Part shown: positions 27,724 through 41,892 of the stretch, piece after piece | How the letters are laid out: each line of letters begins with the position of its first letter | How positions within the stretch are numbered: position 1 is the stretch's first letter | DNA from: Octopus vulgaris | Lineage: Eukaryota | Assembly (NCBI GenBank): GCA_951406725.2 | Contig: OX597822.1 | Location: 76,942,001 to 77,006,000, forward strand | Length of the DNA stretch: 64,000 bases | Reading direction: 5' to 3' | The notes under the pieces: generated by a model | What the model saw: only the letters and a program-made list of their open reading frames with translations | The model's database searches: none | What the model was told of the DNA's origin: nothing | Made by a program: the position numbers and the translations under genes

Positions 27724-28270
27724 AATTATTGTATACAGTGCTCAGGTGCAGCACAACTTGTCAAAAGTACGTATAAAGCATATGCAGTAATGTACAAATG
27801 TCTGGAAAGTGAACAGTGTATGAGTCAGATACATGCTTGCGTGTGTATGAAGGGGAGAAAATCAGGTGTAGTGTTGGTGAATCTCAGGAAGCATGGAAGT
27901 TTTGAAGGATGCAGTGCTCCGACAACTAACAACTGATGCTGGTAGTTTGTTCCATGCTTCAGCAACTCTTAGCGTGAAAAAATGTTTCCGAAAGTCATGG
28001 AACCTGTGCTGTTTTCTGACTTTGTAAACATGTCCACAGGTGTTAGACAGGTGGAGTTTGAAAAGGTGCTCAGAGTTATTGTTTGTAAGATGGTTAATAA
28101 TTTTATGGGTGTCTGCCAAGTCAGCTGCCAGAGTTTCAATGTATCCATGCCCAGGGAAGTAAGGCGTTCAGAATATGGCAAATTCCTGATGGAGGGTATT
28201 CTCTTGGTTGCACGTCGCTGAACAGCTTCCAGACAATTAATATCCTGGGCAAGATAGGGGTTCCAGACCG
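27690..28270 (-). mobile_element. 3' fragment of a CR1-type LINE with (ATT)n tail
   Basis: Minus strand encodes WNPYLAQDINCLEAVQRRATKRIP..LPYSERL..LG and RKHFFTLRVAEAWNKLP...SFK, a CR1 ORF2 C-terminus with frameshift, ending in an ATT repeat tail. Confidence 0.85.
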
Positions 28271-29959
28271 GCCCCTAGTTTTTCTTATAGCTCAGCCAAT
28301 CTGTATTTAAAGGCAATCCAGCTGTGACCGTCCCAGCTTTTTAGATGTATATGGGACTACATTATTTAATGTGGTGCTTTTTTTTAATATCCACTTTTCC
28401 ATGCTGCAAGAGTCAAACAAAAATTATTGGTTTGGATATTCTACAGTCGGATGCCTTTCCTGTTGCCAACCCTCACCTGTCTCCAGGCAAGGGGATATTT
28501 TCCCATAACTGGACGTTTTTCAGGGAAAACTGGAAAATGGAACCACCTTGCTTATATGATGATGATCATACTCATTTACAACTATCATGTGATGTCCAGA
28601 CAAGGACACACACACACACGATGGGCTTCCTTCAGTTTCCATTTACCAAATAAACTCAGACTGCTTTGGTCAGCCCAGGACCATTGTAGAAGACACTCAC
28701 CCAAGGTAATGCTCAGTGGGACTAAAGCCAAGACTGTGATTGAACCTGAAATCACTTGGTCGGGATATGAACTTCTTAACCACATGTACATGTTTACACC
28801 TTTTATATTAAATGCCATGTAAAAAGTACCTGTTCTGGAGCCACATGAAAAGCACCCATGCTGGTGCCACATAACAGGTACCTGTGCTGGCACCACTTTA
28901 AAAGCCCCTGTGCTGGTGCCATGTAAAAAAACCTCCCATGCTGGTGCTACATAAAAAACACTTGGTACACACTGTGAAGTGGTTGGCATCAGGAATGGCA
29001 TCCAGCTGTTGAAACCATGAAAAACTTAGACAGGTGGGGGCCTGGTACAGCTCTCTAAACCATCCAGACCATCCCAGCATGAACAAACCATATCACCATG
29101 AAAAATGGATGTTAAATATTGATGATGATGATGATGATGATGATTGATGACGGATGATGGATGATGCTTGATGATTGATTATGATGGTGACGATGATGTC
29201 TGTGTGTGTGTGCACGCGTGCATGCATGTCTGAAAGAGAGAGTGACAAAGAGAGAGAGAGGCAAAGAGAGAGAGAGAGAATGTGTGAACAGGTTGCTTGA
29301 TTTGAAGCTTCATAATTGGAAACAAACGTTACAATAACAACAGCGCAGTGGTACAACCAGACTACCGTGTCAGAGAAAGAGAGGCTGTTTCACCTGTAAT
29401 AAACCTATTTCTTAGATACGGATGGGTTTGTTCAACCATGCATGAACAAGACATATGGAATAATAACACCAGTGTAGCATACCCTAACCTGGTCAGACCA
29501 CTTGAAAGAGTCACTGATCAATGTTCTGATGGATCACCAGTCAGCATCAAAACCTAATCAAGCTAGAACAATTAACAATATTGTAACACATCATTTCGTT
29601 TTTATAAAAGCTTATTTATAAGCAAAAATGGCAGGAAGGCTAAGATCCCAATCTATTGATTGTTTGGGTTGTTAATTGAAACCTTTCAGCAGTCAGTCAT
29701 TGTATTTCTCCACTAACTGTATTCCCTTGCCTGACTCACAACTTCCTTTCCCCTCTGCAAGTCAATAAGGGTGATTCAATAAGATTCTTTGACTCGCTAG
29801 AAATAGCAGCCAAGTTGCTTTCGGATCACACCATGTTTTATTTAAGAAAGGGACATATGAGATAGTGTAGTCTTAGATAAGTTATATTTTGAATATACAG
29901 GTGCAAGCATGGGTGTGGGGTTAAAAAGCTTACTTTGTGATCAGTGGAATCAGGTTAAT

Positions 29960-29995
<36 letters not shown>

Positions 29996-29997
29996 CC

Positions 29998-30378
29998 TTT
30001 CATTTTTTTACTTGTTTCAGTCATTTGACTGGGGCCATGCTGCAGCACTGCCTTTTGGTTGAAGAACTCAACCCATAGACTTTTTCTTTGTAAGCCTGGT
30101 ACTTATTCTATTGGTCCCTTTTGCCAAACCGCTATGTTATGGGGGATGTAAACAAACCAACATCAGTTGTCAAGCAATGGTGGGGAGACAAACACACAAA
30201 CGCACAAATATATACAATGGGCTTCTTTCAGTTTCCATCTACCAAACCCATTCACAAGGCTCTGGTCAGCCTGAGGCTGTAGAAGAAGATACTTGCCCAA
30301 GTTGTCATGCAGTAGAACCAAACCTGGAACCATGTGGTTGGGAAGCAAGCTTCTTACCACACAACCACTCCTGCACCT
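29998..30378 (-). mobile_element. SINE family A copy
   Basis: Diverged reverse-complement match to family A. Confidence 0.8.
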
Positions 30379-30618
30379 ATATATATTTATACATACATGC
30401 AGACACTTGTTGGATTGTATGCATGTATGTTCTAAGATGGTAGATGGGTATCTCCCCCTAACTTTGTCCCTTTCATTTTTAAAAATCACTTTTTTTTTAT
30501 TTGTTTCAGTCATGTGACCATGCTGGGGGCATCACCTTGAAAATATTAATGAATTTTTTTCCTGTTTTCTTTTTGGGCTGTGTTCATGTCTTTTTCCTGT
30601 TTTTTTTTTTCTCCTTAG

Positions 30619-30799
30619 GTTGTAATCAACGAGAAGCCTCTAGACTTGTTTAAGTCAGCCAAGGAAGGAGTAAATATCTACAACTGTGACCATCCTTGTC
30701 AGGGCAGACCCTGCATGAACGAAGGTGTCTGTGTACCAAGACATGATAACTATAACTGCTACTGTCCACTTGGCTTCCAAGGAAACAACTGCCAGAAAA
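30619..30799 (+). CDS. EGFLAM: Pikachurin/EGFLAM-like exon (end of LamG plus EGF domain)
   Basis: Polypyrimidine tract ctccttag|GTT, donor A|gttagt. VVINEKPLDLFKSAKEGVNIYNCDHPCQGRPCMNEGVCVPRHDNYNCYCPLGFQGNNCQK contains a six-cysteine EGF motif. Phase 0 in, phase 1 out. Missed by the ORF track. Confidence 0.92.
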
Positions 30800-30831
30800 G
30801 TTAGTTTTCTTTTTATATAATTAATTCTCTA

Positions 30832-31265
30832 AGGTTGCAAGCTGGCAGAAAACGTTAGCACACCAGGCAAAATGCTTAGCAGTATTTTGTCTGTCTCTAC
30901 GTTCTGAGTTCAAATTGCGCCAATGTCAACTTTGCCTTTCATCCTTTTGAGGTCGATAAATTAAGTTGTGTACTTGGGTTGATCTAATCGACTGGCCCCC
31001 TCCTTAAAAATTCCAGGCCTTGTACCTAGAGTAGAAAAAATTCTCTTTTTAAGATGGTGAGCTGGCAGAAACATTAGCATGCTGGGTGAAATGCTTAGCG
31101 GTATTTCGTCTGCTTTTACATTCTGAGTTCAAATTCTGTAGAGGTCAACTTTGCCTTTCATCCTTTTGAGATCGATAAATTAAGTACCAGTTACATACTG
31201 AAGTTGATCTAATCGAATGGCCCTCTCCCCAAAAATTCCAGGCCTTGTGCCTAGAGTAGAAAAGT
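30832..31265 (+). mobile_element. Tandem pair of SINE family B copies just downstream of the EGF exon
   Basis: Two head-to-tail ~210 bp copies (30832-31040, 31053-31265). Confidence 0.85.
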
Positions 31266-31699
31266 ATATTATTAATTCTTCGGGTCCTTTGTTGTTGTAG
31301 AACAGATTTTGCATTCGTTTTAAAGATTGTTGTTGTTTTTCCTGTCAGTTTTGCATTTGTTGTTTGCTTTTTACTTTTGTTTTTTTTTTTGCTCTTTTTT
31401 TTTCTTTTTTTTTTTGTTGCTTGTATATACTTATAGTCTCATTCATGGCAAAGAGACAGTCTCTATGATTTCCAAGTTTCACCACATCTCACTTTTCAAA
31501 CAAACAGCTCGGCAAACCAGACATGATGTAATTTCAATGTCACCACTATCTTTTAAAAAATAAATACATTTATGTTTATCTTTACATTTATATTTATCTT
31601 TACATTCCATATTCTGCTCTTTATTCAGTTAATGTATTTGCTTTTATACATAAATAGAATCAATTATATGATAAAATGACGATACACACACACACACAT

Positions 31700-31750
<51 letters not shown>

Positions 31751-32120
31751 GTGCTGGCAATCTATAAGTTAGAAAGAACATGTGCTCATATATTTGTCAA
31801 TAGTGTGGGTGTATTAATATTTATACTATTATAAATCCATTTCAGCCAATTTTACCAATCAGCTTCGTGTATGTTGGTATGGGCTGAACAGTCTGATGAT
31901 AACAGCACTGAGCTTCAATGTCTGCTCTGGCATGGTTTTTATGGCAGGATGCTCTTCCTGTCATCAACCACTTTACAGAGTGGACTACGTGATGTTTTTT
32001 GTGCCACATGAAAAGGGTTAAATATATATGAAGTGCTTTATTTTAAGTGGGAGGTAGATCATATTTAATGAAACAAGCAAAAAGAAAAAAATGTTCAATC
32101 AATTAATATTACACTAATAA

Positions 32121-32932
32121 TCTATATATATATATATATATATAAAACTCAACTTGTGTGTCTGTGTGTTTAACTTCCCGGCACATCTCCTAGCCAACAA
32201 ATCATAGAACCACCAAAAATGGTCACTTAAAGTTTAGGCGAATGAAAATTGAACTGCCCTATTTCTGTTCCGAAATTCATCTCACAAGTGCAAAAATCGA
32301 TAATGTGTTTGTTTAGGCCTTATCCCATGCATTGAATAGTGAACTTTACTCAGTCAGCTGTTTGACATGAACAGTGTTCACGACGCGTGCAAGCATGCGT
32401 AAATTGCATGAAAAATAACAAATCAAGATATAAAAACGAATCGCCGTAAACATTGTAGAAATTCGGCAAAGAAATGAATTTTTGGGATGTAGCCTAGAGG
32501 GTTTTTTCATATTAATCGTTTGGACTTTGTGAACACATACCAATTGTTTACATAACATTTTTAACGCTTTGAATTAAATGTGACCATTTTGTGTTGAGTC
32601 TGCAGTTTGAATCACTTTAACCAAATTTTAGCAGGCCGGATTTTTGATCATCATGATACATCGCCAGCAACACCCTGAAACTCTCCCCTGAAATCCCCGT
32701 TGAGAAATACTGATCTAAAAGAATAATTCAACAATGCAATTATTTGATCAACAAAAATTTATGAAACACTTCTATGTACTTCCTATTGAGGAAATGGAAC
32801 ACATAAGCGCAAAAATAGAGGGCATTAAATGCTTGATTTTAAAACCAAAATAATTGAATTTTGATTGAACTTCATCTAAGTTTAGCTTAATTCACACGTG
32901 CATAGAGCGCACAAGCCGGGCAATACTACTAG
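32121..32932 (+). mobile_element. Non-autonomous Helitron
   Basis: Starts A|TCTATATATA, ends CTAG|T with no TSD; subterminal GTGC..GCAC hairpin near 32898-32912; relatively CpG-rich interior. Confidence 0.65.
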
Positions 32933-34459
32933 TAAAAAATAAAAGCATTAGCATTAATGATAGTTCTTATGAAGAAATACAAGGGTGATAACTCTGAAAT
33001 ACTAAACTAATTTCAAATTAAATGATGGAACGTAATGATGAGTGAGTCTGTGCCGGAGGTATATGGTGGTTGATATCACAGAAACTTCTGTTGTACTGAA
33101 TCTTCAACACTAACCTCAGTAAATTATATTTCCTAGCAGAAAAATAAGTTAACTTTATGGTAAAAACAAATTTGATATGTTTCACCATACTCTCAATATT
33201 CCATCCACAATATGGTTACATTAGATGCATCACAATTTTTCTTACATTCAAGAATAAAAAAAAGACATATAGGGTTCAGGCATGGCTGTGTACTACAAAG
33301 CTTGCTTCCCAACCACATGGTTCCAGGTTCAGTCCCACTGTTTGGTACCTTGGGCAAATGTCTTATAATATAAACCACATGCCAACCAAAGCTTTGTGAG
33401 TGGATTTGGTAGATGAAAACTGAAAGAAGCCCATCGTGTGTGTATATATATAACCCCAACCACTCTGCAGAGTAAAAGCACTGAGCTCACTCTATAGGGT
33501 GGTTGGTGTTAGGAAGGGCGTCCAGCCGTAAACTCCCTACCAAAACAGATGCCATAGCCTTAGGTAGTTTTTCTACCTGGCTAGCTCCTGTCAACCATCC
33601 TACGCATACATGCATCGAAGATGGACATTAAACAATGATATAAATATCAATTGATTTAGTTAAATTAAATTTGGTTGATTTTATGCCACAAGTGATGAAT
33701 TGAAACAATTGTAGGTCTCGTCAATGTATTAATAAACTTTTATTAATCTTATCTCCATCTTCTCTTGGTTATATATATATATAAGGCTTTGATCATGCCA
33801 AGGTTTTAGTAGAAGACACTTGCCCAAGGTGCCATGCAGTGGAACTGAACCTAAAAACGTAGTTGGAAAACAAGCCTCTTGACCACTCGGCCACACCTGC
33901 AACTCTATAGTGCTTTAATTAACCGTTCAACATTTAAACTGGCCATATCAAGCCTAAATGTTTTACATACTTTATGCTCAAACGGGTTAGATTTGGTCTC
34001 TCATACCTATCCTACAATGTCATTCAAAAGATAAACAGTCACATCATTGAAATCTTGAAGCTACAAAATAATGCATGATTAATTTAAAACAATGTGGATA
34101 AATTAGCATTTCATTTGACGGATCAATCTGGATGATAAAGGATTAATATAATGAAAATAAAATAGGTTTTGGCAGGATTTGAACTCAGGATCAAAAAGTA
34201 TGTAATGTAACTAAGTGTGATGCGACATTTGGTCTGGAACACTACCAATTTTGCTGCTGTATTAAGCGAAATTTGTCTTCCATTGAACAAAATATAGAAT
34301 TGCTACCTTCCAATTTAGTTTGGCATGTTGTGTTTCAGTTATTTGATATTAGACATGTGATATTGTGGTAGCATGTGATGTCTTTGTTAGTATCAGTGTT
34401 ATAAATAGATGTGAAGATATTTCTTCTATGTTACTGACTTTCTCACCTTCCTTTTATAG

Positions 34460-34535
34460 AGAGTGAAAAAATTAATGATGCCCAGTTCTCAGGAGGCAGC
34501 TACCTCATGTACAAGAGTACACCTTTTGTTAAACG
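34460..34535 (+). CDS. EGFLAM: Pikachurin/EGFLAM-like exon (start of last LamG domain)
   Basis: cttttatag|AG ... CG|gtgagt. (K)SEKINDAQFSGGSYLMYKSTPFVK(R) has the typical F.G.SYL LamG start. Phase 1 in, phase 2 out, matching neighbours. Confidence 0.88.
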
Positions 34536-34583
34536 GTGAGTCCAATGTAATTCTCTTCTCTCTCTCTCCCTCTCAGCATTTAC

Positions 34584-34620
<37 letters not shown>

Positions 34621-35532
34621 GTCTTCTCCCTTCCTCCTCTCTCTCCCCTTCTCTTTCTTTTAAGATAATGACAGTCTAAAACAACATGTTTTTTTCTTTT
34701 TTCGGCAAAGTACCAGCCCAATTCTTTTTATTCTTATTATTGCTGGTGTCACACAAATGGCCCCTGTGCCAGTGGCACGTAAAAGCATCCATTACGCTCT
34801 TGGAATTGTTAGCATTAGGAAACTATACCAAATCAGACTGGAGTCTGGTGCAGCATTTCAGCTTACCAGACCTGGTCAAACCATCCAACCCATGCCAGCA
34901 TGGACAATGGACGTTAAATGATGATGATGATATTATTTGACCTTAAATCAACCCTATTCCAGCAGACCTATGATCAAAACCATTCCAGCCATGACCATCC
35001 AGTATTTTGTGCAGGCATACTCTCTCTCATGCATTCCATGTATGTTTTTTAAGTGGATAAGACATCATCGAAGGAAGATTTTGCTGCAATTTCTAGCAGA
35101 CCAAACAGCCTTATAAAAGACCTTTTATTGGCTCAACCAACCAAATTTTGCATATAGTCAACTGAACCAACACTGCCATATTCCAGGAATTACTTCATCA
35201 GCTCTTGTGGAACAAAACTAATATTGGTTTCAAACATTGACACAAGGCCACCACCAATTTTGACAAAGTGTATTCTCAATTATATTACCCTAGCATATAA
35301 CTGGTATCTGCACCTTTCATCTTTTACTTGTTTTGGTCACTGGACTGTAGCCATGCTGGGCACCACCTTGAAGAATTCTTTTTAATTGAATAAATTAACC
35401 CCAGTGTTTTTTTTTTAAACTTGGTATTTATTGTATTGGTCTCTTTACAAGGGCATAAACACACCAACACTGGTTTTAAGGAAACAAACACAAACACACA
35501 TGCACATATATATATATGTATATATGTGTGTG

Positions 35533-35643
<111 letters not shown>

Positions 35644-36921
35644 CTATATGCTCAGACGTGGCTATGTGGTAAAAAGCTTGCTTCCCAACCACAAGGTTCC
35701 AGGTTCAGTCCCACTGTATGGCACCTTGGGCAAGTCTTATACTATAGCCTCAAGCCAACTAAAGCCTTGTGAGTGGATTTGATAGACTGAAACTGAAAGA
35801 AGCCCATGATATATATATATATATCTGTGTGTATGTGCATGTGTGTGTGTATATGAATGTATGTATGTATTTGTGTGTGTTTACATCCCCGTAACTTGGC
35901 AGTTCAGCAAAAGAGACCGATAGAATAAACATAAAGCTTATAAAGAATAAGTCCTGGGGTCGATTTATTTGATTAAAGGCAGTGCTCCAGCATGGTCGCA
36001 GTAAAATGACTGAAACAAGGAAAAAATATGTATATATATGTACATGTGTGTGTGTACAGCAGGCTTCTTTCAGTTTCTGTCAACCAAATCCATTGACAAG
36101 GCTTTGGTCAGCCCCAGGCTATAGTATGAGACACTTGCCCAAGGTGCAACATAGTTGGACATGGTGTGCCAAAGGTCAAATGTCAAAGTGATCACAGAGC
36201 AATGTGAAATGTAGTGTTTTACAAGAGAACACAATCCGCCAGCCAGTCCAGAAATTGAAACCATGATCTTCAGATCGTGAGTCCAATACCCTGACCACCA
36301 GGCTGCATATCTTCACTCATCTACATGCATCGAATCAATAAGCCACACAGTGATCAGAGATAAGCTATACATAGTAACAGTTAAGCAAAAGACAGGCAGA
36401 TACTTCAGTGTCTGTTACTGCTGTGCACTTCATGTATTCCTTGTGATATAATAATTTCTATACAAAGTGCAAGCTTCTTTGATGTTTGAAGGCAGTTGTT
36501 GTTATAAAGAGAAAATCATTGCTCTAATGAGCCAGCGACATAATACACAATACTGGTGGAGTTGACCCTCATTATGTCAGTTTAGATTCTCTTACAGAAC
36601 CAATTAATCTTCTCTGTCTCTCCAGTTGCTGCAGCTCTTTTAACCCTGATCTCAGAAACAAAAAGTTAGGGGCTGTTAAGGATGGTTGTCTCCTGTGCAA
36701 TCATCTAAAAAAGATAATTGCCAATCAAGTTGTTACATTTATTAGTCTCATTGTCTTCTGCTTTCTTTAAATGTGATACCAACAAAACAGAAATGGCACA
36801 ACTGAAAACATTTGATCTGGCAAATATATCAACAATGGTCACTTCTCATACTGGTATCTTTTCCAGATTCTATAGAAATAACAGTGAAAGCACATGACCT
36901 AGTAGTTGGGGTGTTGCATTC

Positions 36922-37284
36922 TGTTATAATGTAGATCCTGGTCCACTTGTATGTTGTTGTCGGCATTGTGATATTCTTGTTGCTACTGTTATGTTGTGGC
37001 AGTATTCTGTGTCTTATTATCTTTGACTCATCTGTCATGCTATCGCTGATAGCTGTACAAGACAATGACCTTGAAATGTCTACCTTGACAGTAATTTGAA
37101 CCCGTATATATCACATAGCTGACTTACTCCAACTGAGAAACTCATACAATGACTCTACTACTACTGAACTCCTACAACGACTCTACTACTACTGAACTCC
37201 TACAACGACTGACTGTCTAACCTTATAGTGGCTGCTTCATACCACTTTGCCATGTGGGAAGGGGTGTACCATTTCACTACAACA
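36922..37284. mobile_element. Solo LTR-like element nested in a family D SINE
   Basis: TGTTATAATG...CACTACAACA termini (TG..CA, imperfect IR); 5-bp TSD cattc/cactc; splits the SINE head, which resumes at 37285; internal 28-bp tandem duplication. Confidence 0.75.
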
Positions 37285-38378
37285 CACTCACAATCTGGAG
37301 GATCGTGGTTTCAATTCTCAGAGCTGGAGTTGTATTGTGTTCTTGAGCAAAACACTTCATTTCATATTGTTCCAATTCATTCAGCTATGAATGGGTAACC
37401 TTGCATTGTTGGTGTAGAAGGGTGAGATGGTCACTCAGGAAAACCACCTGAATGGAGGCCTAGCAAACCACATTTTTGTATCCAACAATTGAAAGGATGA
37501 ATAGTACAACCTGCACTTTGAACACTGACTGGTTGGGATTGTTTGTTCAGCTACATGAAAGATCATCATTAAGACAAGGAGGCACCAACATATCTACATG
37601 CACACGTGTACACACACATACACACATGCTTACATATATATATATTCTCACAGTTTCCATATACCAAATCGCCTCACAAGATTTTCATTTCATGTTGCCA
37701 CAGTCTACTCAGCTGTAAACAGGTACACCCTGCACAAACCTGTGAATCCTAAAACTCATGACAGTAATGTCCAGGGTTGATAATGATCTTCTGTCCTTGA
37801 CTAAATTAAGTGGCTTAAAGAGACAAAAGATGTCAATTATCGATGGAGCTCACTGGGCAATAGTTAGCATCATTATCTTATTTTAACATGTTTGTCATGC
37901 TGACAGGGATTGGACAGTTTGACCAGAGCTGGTGACCAGAGGTCTGTTCCAAGCCCTTCGCTTTCATCTTTTCAGGGACAATAAAATGGATACCAGTTAA
38001 GCACTGGGGCTGATGCAATTAACTTGCCCTGCTTCTAAAAAGTTGCTGGCCTTGTGCCAAAATTTGAAAAAATACTATTGAAATCATCATCATTAATAGT
38101 GAGGTGACAAGCTAGCAGAATCATTAGCGCACTGGACGAAATGCTTAGCGGCAGTTTACCCATCACTTCATTCTGAGTTCAAATTCCAGTGAGGTCAACT
38201 TTGCCTTTCAGCCTTTCGGGGGTCGATTAAATAAGTACAAGTTATGCACTGGGGATCGATGTAATTGACTTAATCCCTTCCCCCAAATTCCAGGCCTTTG
38301 TGCCTACAGCAGAAACCATTATTATTATTATGTAATTCCCTCATGTCTGCAATTCATGTCTTATGTCTGTTATTTCAG

Positions 38379-38609
38379 AACCCGTGGTAACAAGATCGAC
38401 ATTCAGATGTGGGTGAAACCAGAAAAGAGAGATGGCCTGCTCTTCTGGGTGGGTAAAGAACAGAGGTCAGCATTCAGTGACTACTTAGCCATTGGCTTCG
38501 TTGAATCCATCCTCCAGTTCCGCTACAATCTTGGCAGTGGTGAAGTCATCATTTCTTACAATGCAACAAACTTCTTTGATGGCAGTTGGCACTTTGTCCG
38601 AGTTCAGAG
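38379..38609 (+). CDS. EGFLAM: Pikachurin/EGFLAM-like exon (LamG core)
   Basis: tatttcag|A ... AG|gtaag. TRGNKIDIQMWVKPEKRDGLLFWVGKEQRSAFSDYLAIGFVESILQFRYNLGSGEVIISYNATNFFDGSWHFVRVQ(R) has the DGLL, YNLGSG and DG.WH LamG motifs. Confidence 0.93.
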
Positions 38610-39369
38610 GTAAGGCCTCACTATAAAGATGATGTGTGTATGTACCCGAGTGCGTGTGTGTAAGGTTGTGTGGGTGTGTGTGTGCATGAGCAAGTGACTG
38701 TGAGAGAGTTTGTGTGTGCATGAGCAAGTGACACTGTGTGTGCAAGTGTCTGTGAGAAAATTTCCAAGTTGGATCCTGTGTAATGGCTCATGTTGGTTGA
38801 TCACATGCCAGCGTGGAGACCATGTAACTTAGTGGTTAGAATGTTGGACTCATGATTGTAAGATTGTGATTTCAATTCCTGGACAGGGCAACACGTTGTG
38901 CTCTTGAGCAAGACACTTTGTATCACATTGCTTCAGTCCACCCAGCTGGTAAAAATGAGTAATCTTGCAACAGACTGGCATCCTATCCAGGTGGGAGGAG
39001 GGTCTATATACACCATGCAAACTGCAAAACCGGTCCTTATAAGTTGGTATGACTCAACAAGGTAACTTTACATTTGTTTTTCTTTTTTGTTACATGCCCC
39101 ATGGTCACAGTAGATGAGGAAGTATCTCGCAGAGATGGGAACCAACTGGGACACTACTTGGAGGGTTGCACAAGATGACCCAAGCAAATACTGACAAACA
39201 CTGAATGCAGCAACATGCTGCAGTGGCACATGCTGCCATACCTGACCTCACATGATATCTTTAAAATCTATGCTGTGGAATTTATTTTCTTTAAAAGCTT
39301 CTTTATAAAAAGCAGCTTCCAAAAGCTAGCTACAGACTGTGCAAAAGTGCCAAAGGGAACTCTCTTTAC

Positions 39370-39762
39370 TCTTTTTTTACTCTTTTACTTGTTTCAGTCA
39401 TTTGACTGTGGCCATGCTGGAGCACTGCCTTTTTAGTTGAGCAAATCGACCCCAGGACTTATTTTTTGTAAGCCTAGTACTTATTCTATCGGTCTCTTTT
39501 GCCGAACTGCTAAGTTATGGAGATGTAAACACACCAGCATTGGTTGTCAAGTGATGTTGGGGGTGGGGTCAAACACACAAACATATACATACATATATAC
39601 GATGGGCTTCTTTCAGTTTCTGTCTACCAAATCCACTCACAAGGCTTTGGTCGGCCCAAGGCTATAGTAGAAGACACTTGCCCAAGGTGCCACGCAGTGG
39701 GACTGAATCCGGAACCATGTGGTTCGTAAGCAAGTTACTTACCATGCAACCACTCCTACGCC
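39370..39762 (-). mobile_element. SINE family A copy
   Basis: Full-length reverse-complement match. Confidence 0.88.
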
Positions 39763-40400
39763 TGTATTATTATTATTATTTATTTTTTTGCAATGTTCTG
39801 AAAGCTAAAAATATAAAAATTGAAGTCTACATATATACATATATGTGAGTGTGTGTATGTGTGTATTGAAGTCTACATACCTACATACATACATATATAT
39901 TTTTTGTAACGTTGTGAAAGCTAAAAATATAACTGAAGTCTACATTCATATATACATATATGTGTTTGTGTGTGTGTAAAGATAACCAGTTTTGTTTCCC
40001 TTGCAAAGATGTGTGTGTTTGTGTAAGAAAGAGAGAGAGAGACAGTGCATGCATGTGTAGGATGTAAGTTGAAGCTTAAAATAACTCTTCTAATTTTGTG
40101 TGTGTATTGTTGTTTGTGTGTTGTGTGCATGCGTGTACACGTGAGCTGGAGTATGTGTATGTTAGTAAAATATATATTTATCTAAAGAATCTTGAGTGTG
40201 GATTGTATTTTTGTGTTGTTTTAAAGACATAAATTGCTCTTACCATTAGAATTACAATTAAAAGATGCTGGAAGCTTATCTTTAAATCTCTCAGTTATGC
40301 CAAATATTGGAATATTGACATGAAAAAATAAAACAAAAGCAAAGAAGTATATATTTTTTTTTACTTTGTCTTAAACTATTTCTATCAATTTTCATTGCAG

Positions 40401-40504
40401 GGATAAACAAGATGGATACTTGTTGGTTGATAACCAGTTTGTTTTCGAAGGAAGTTCACCTGGAACCTTTAGTTCATTGAACACGGATAAAAAAATCTAT
40501 ATCG
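40401..40504 (+). CDS. EGFLAM: Pikachurin/EGFLAM-like exon (LamG)
   Basis: ttcattgcag|G ... G|gtaaag. DKQDGYLLVDNQFVFEGSSPGTFSSLNTDKKIYI(G). Phase 2 in, phase 1 out. Confidence 0.9.
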
Positions 40505-41536
40505 GTAAAGTTCTTTGGTTTGTCTCTTTGGTATCTCTGTTACAAAGAAGTCTTTTGTTTTTTTTTTGTTTTTTTTTTTGGTATGGCAGCGAACAGTAAA
40601 TGTTTTTACTTAATCTTACGAAATATTGTTAATCCATTGCTAAACAAAATCCTTCATTAGCAGTCATCATTATCATCATTATCGACATCATCATCATCAT
40701 CAGCATCATCATCATTTAATATTCATTTTTCCATGCTGGCATGGGTTGGATGGTTTGGCAAGATCCAGCAAGTTACAAGGCTGTGTCAAGTGCCAGTGTC
40801 ACCGTTGCCATGTTTTGTATGGTTGGACGCCCTTAATAACCATTTTTTTTTTTTTTTTGCATCCTTGGTACAAGTGAGGTCACTGAATAAGTTACTTGAC
40901 AAAAAGGAACAGAAAATGGAAAAAACCTCCCAGACTAAGTGTATAGAGGGAATATTTGATAGGGAGGGGTGGCTTTCATGCCAGGTGCCTAAAGGCTGAA
41001 GTATGTCAGATGGACAAGTAGAGACGTCTTACAGATAGTTACATGGCTACCCACATAAGGGTGAGTACCTAGGAAAAAGATAAAGATGAGAGTGATGAAG
41101 TAACTGAGTAGACTCAGAGTACAAAATGAAGACAAGAGAGAGAATGCTTGTACCATACTTGTATGTGTGGTAGCATTCACCCAGGGTGATTTAGACCAGC
41201 TGTGACCAACAAGTCCACCCCCACAAGCTGACCATATTTGACAGTTGGCTGTGGATAGCACAGACATCATAGCTATAGTTGACATTCACTGTTGAGGTGT
41301 AGAATTTCTGTTTGGAGTTTTAGTGGGAATACAAGTTCACACGATGACCCCTGGTCGCATGCATATACACGTTGGTATAGTGTGGTCTACAGCAGCTAAT
41401 CTTGGCGTTGATTGTTGAACACCACAAAGGATTTGCTGACCAAGTGACCATCGATTATAAGAGCAGACATAGCCTGGATAAGAGAGAATACGCTTGATGT
41501 GCTGGTTGGGGAGGATGGTTAGTTTCATATGAGTGT

Positions 41537-41892
41537 GAGGGCAAAGTAACAGATGTTAAGAGATGGGGGGGGGCAGAGTAACAGATGTTAAGAGACGAGG
41601 ACAGAGTAACAGATGTTAAGAGATGAGGGAAGAGTAACGGATGTTAAGAGACGGGTGGGGGGCAGAGTAACAGGTGTTAAGTGACAAGGGCAGAGTAACA
41701 GATGTTAAGAGACGAGGGAAAAGTAACAGATGTTAAGAGACGAAGGCGGAGTAACAGGTGTTAAAAGACAAGGGCAGAGTAACAGGTGTTAAGAGATGAG
41801 GGAAGAGTAACAGATGCTAAGAGACATGGGCAAAATAACAGGTGTTAAGAGATGAGGGAAGATTAACAGATGTTAAGAGACGAGGGCAGAGT
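41537..41892 (+). repeat. 28-bp minisatellite (~12 copies)
   Basis: Unit gagggcagagtaacagatgttaagagac. Confidence 0.92.

Noticed and set aside
41166-41426. TGTGGT...ACCACA bounded segment as a solo LTR (likewise 10026-10248, tgttata..tataaca)
   Set aside because: Only 6-7 bp terminal matches and no target-site duplication.
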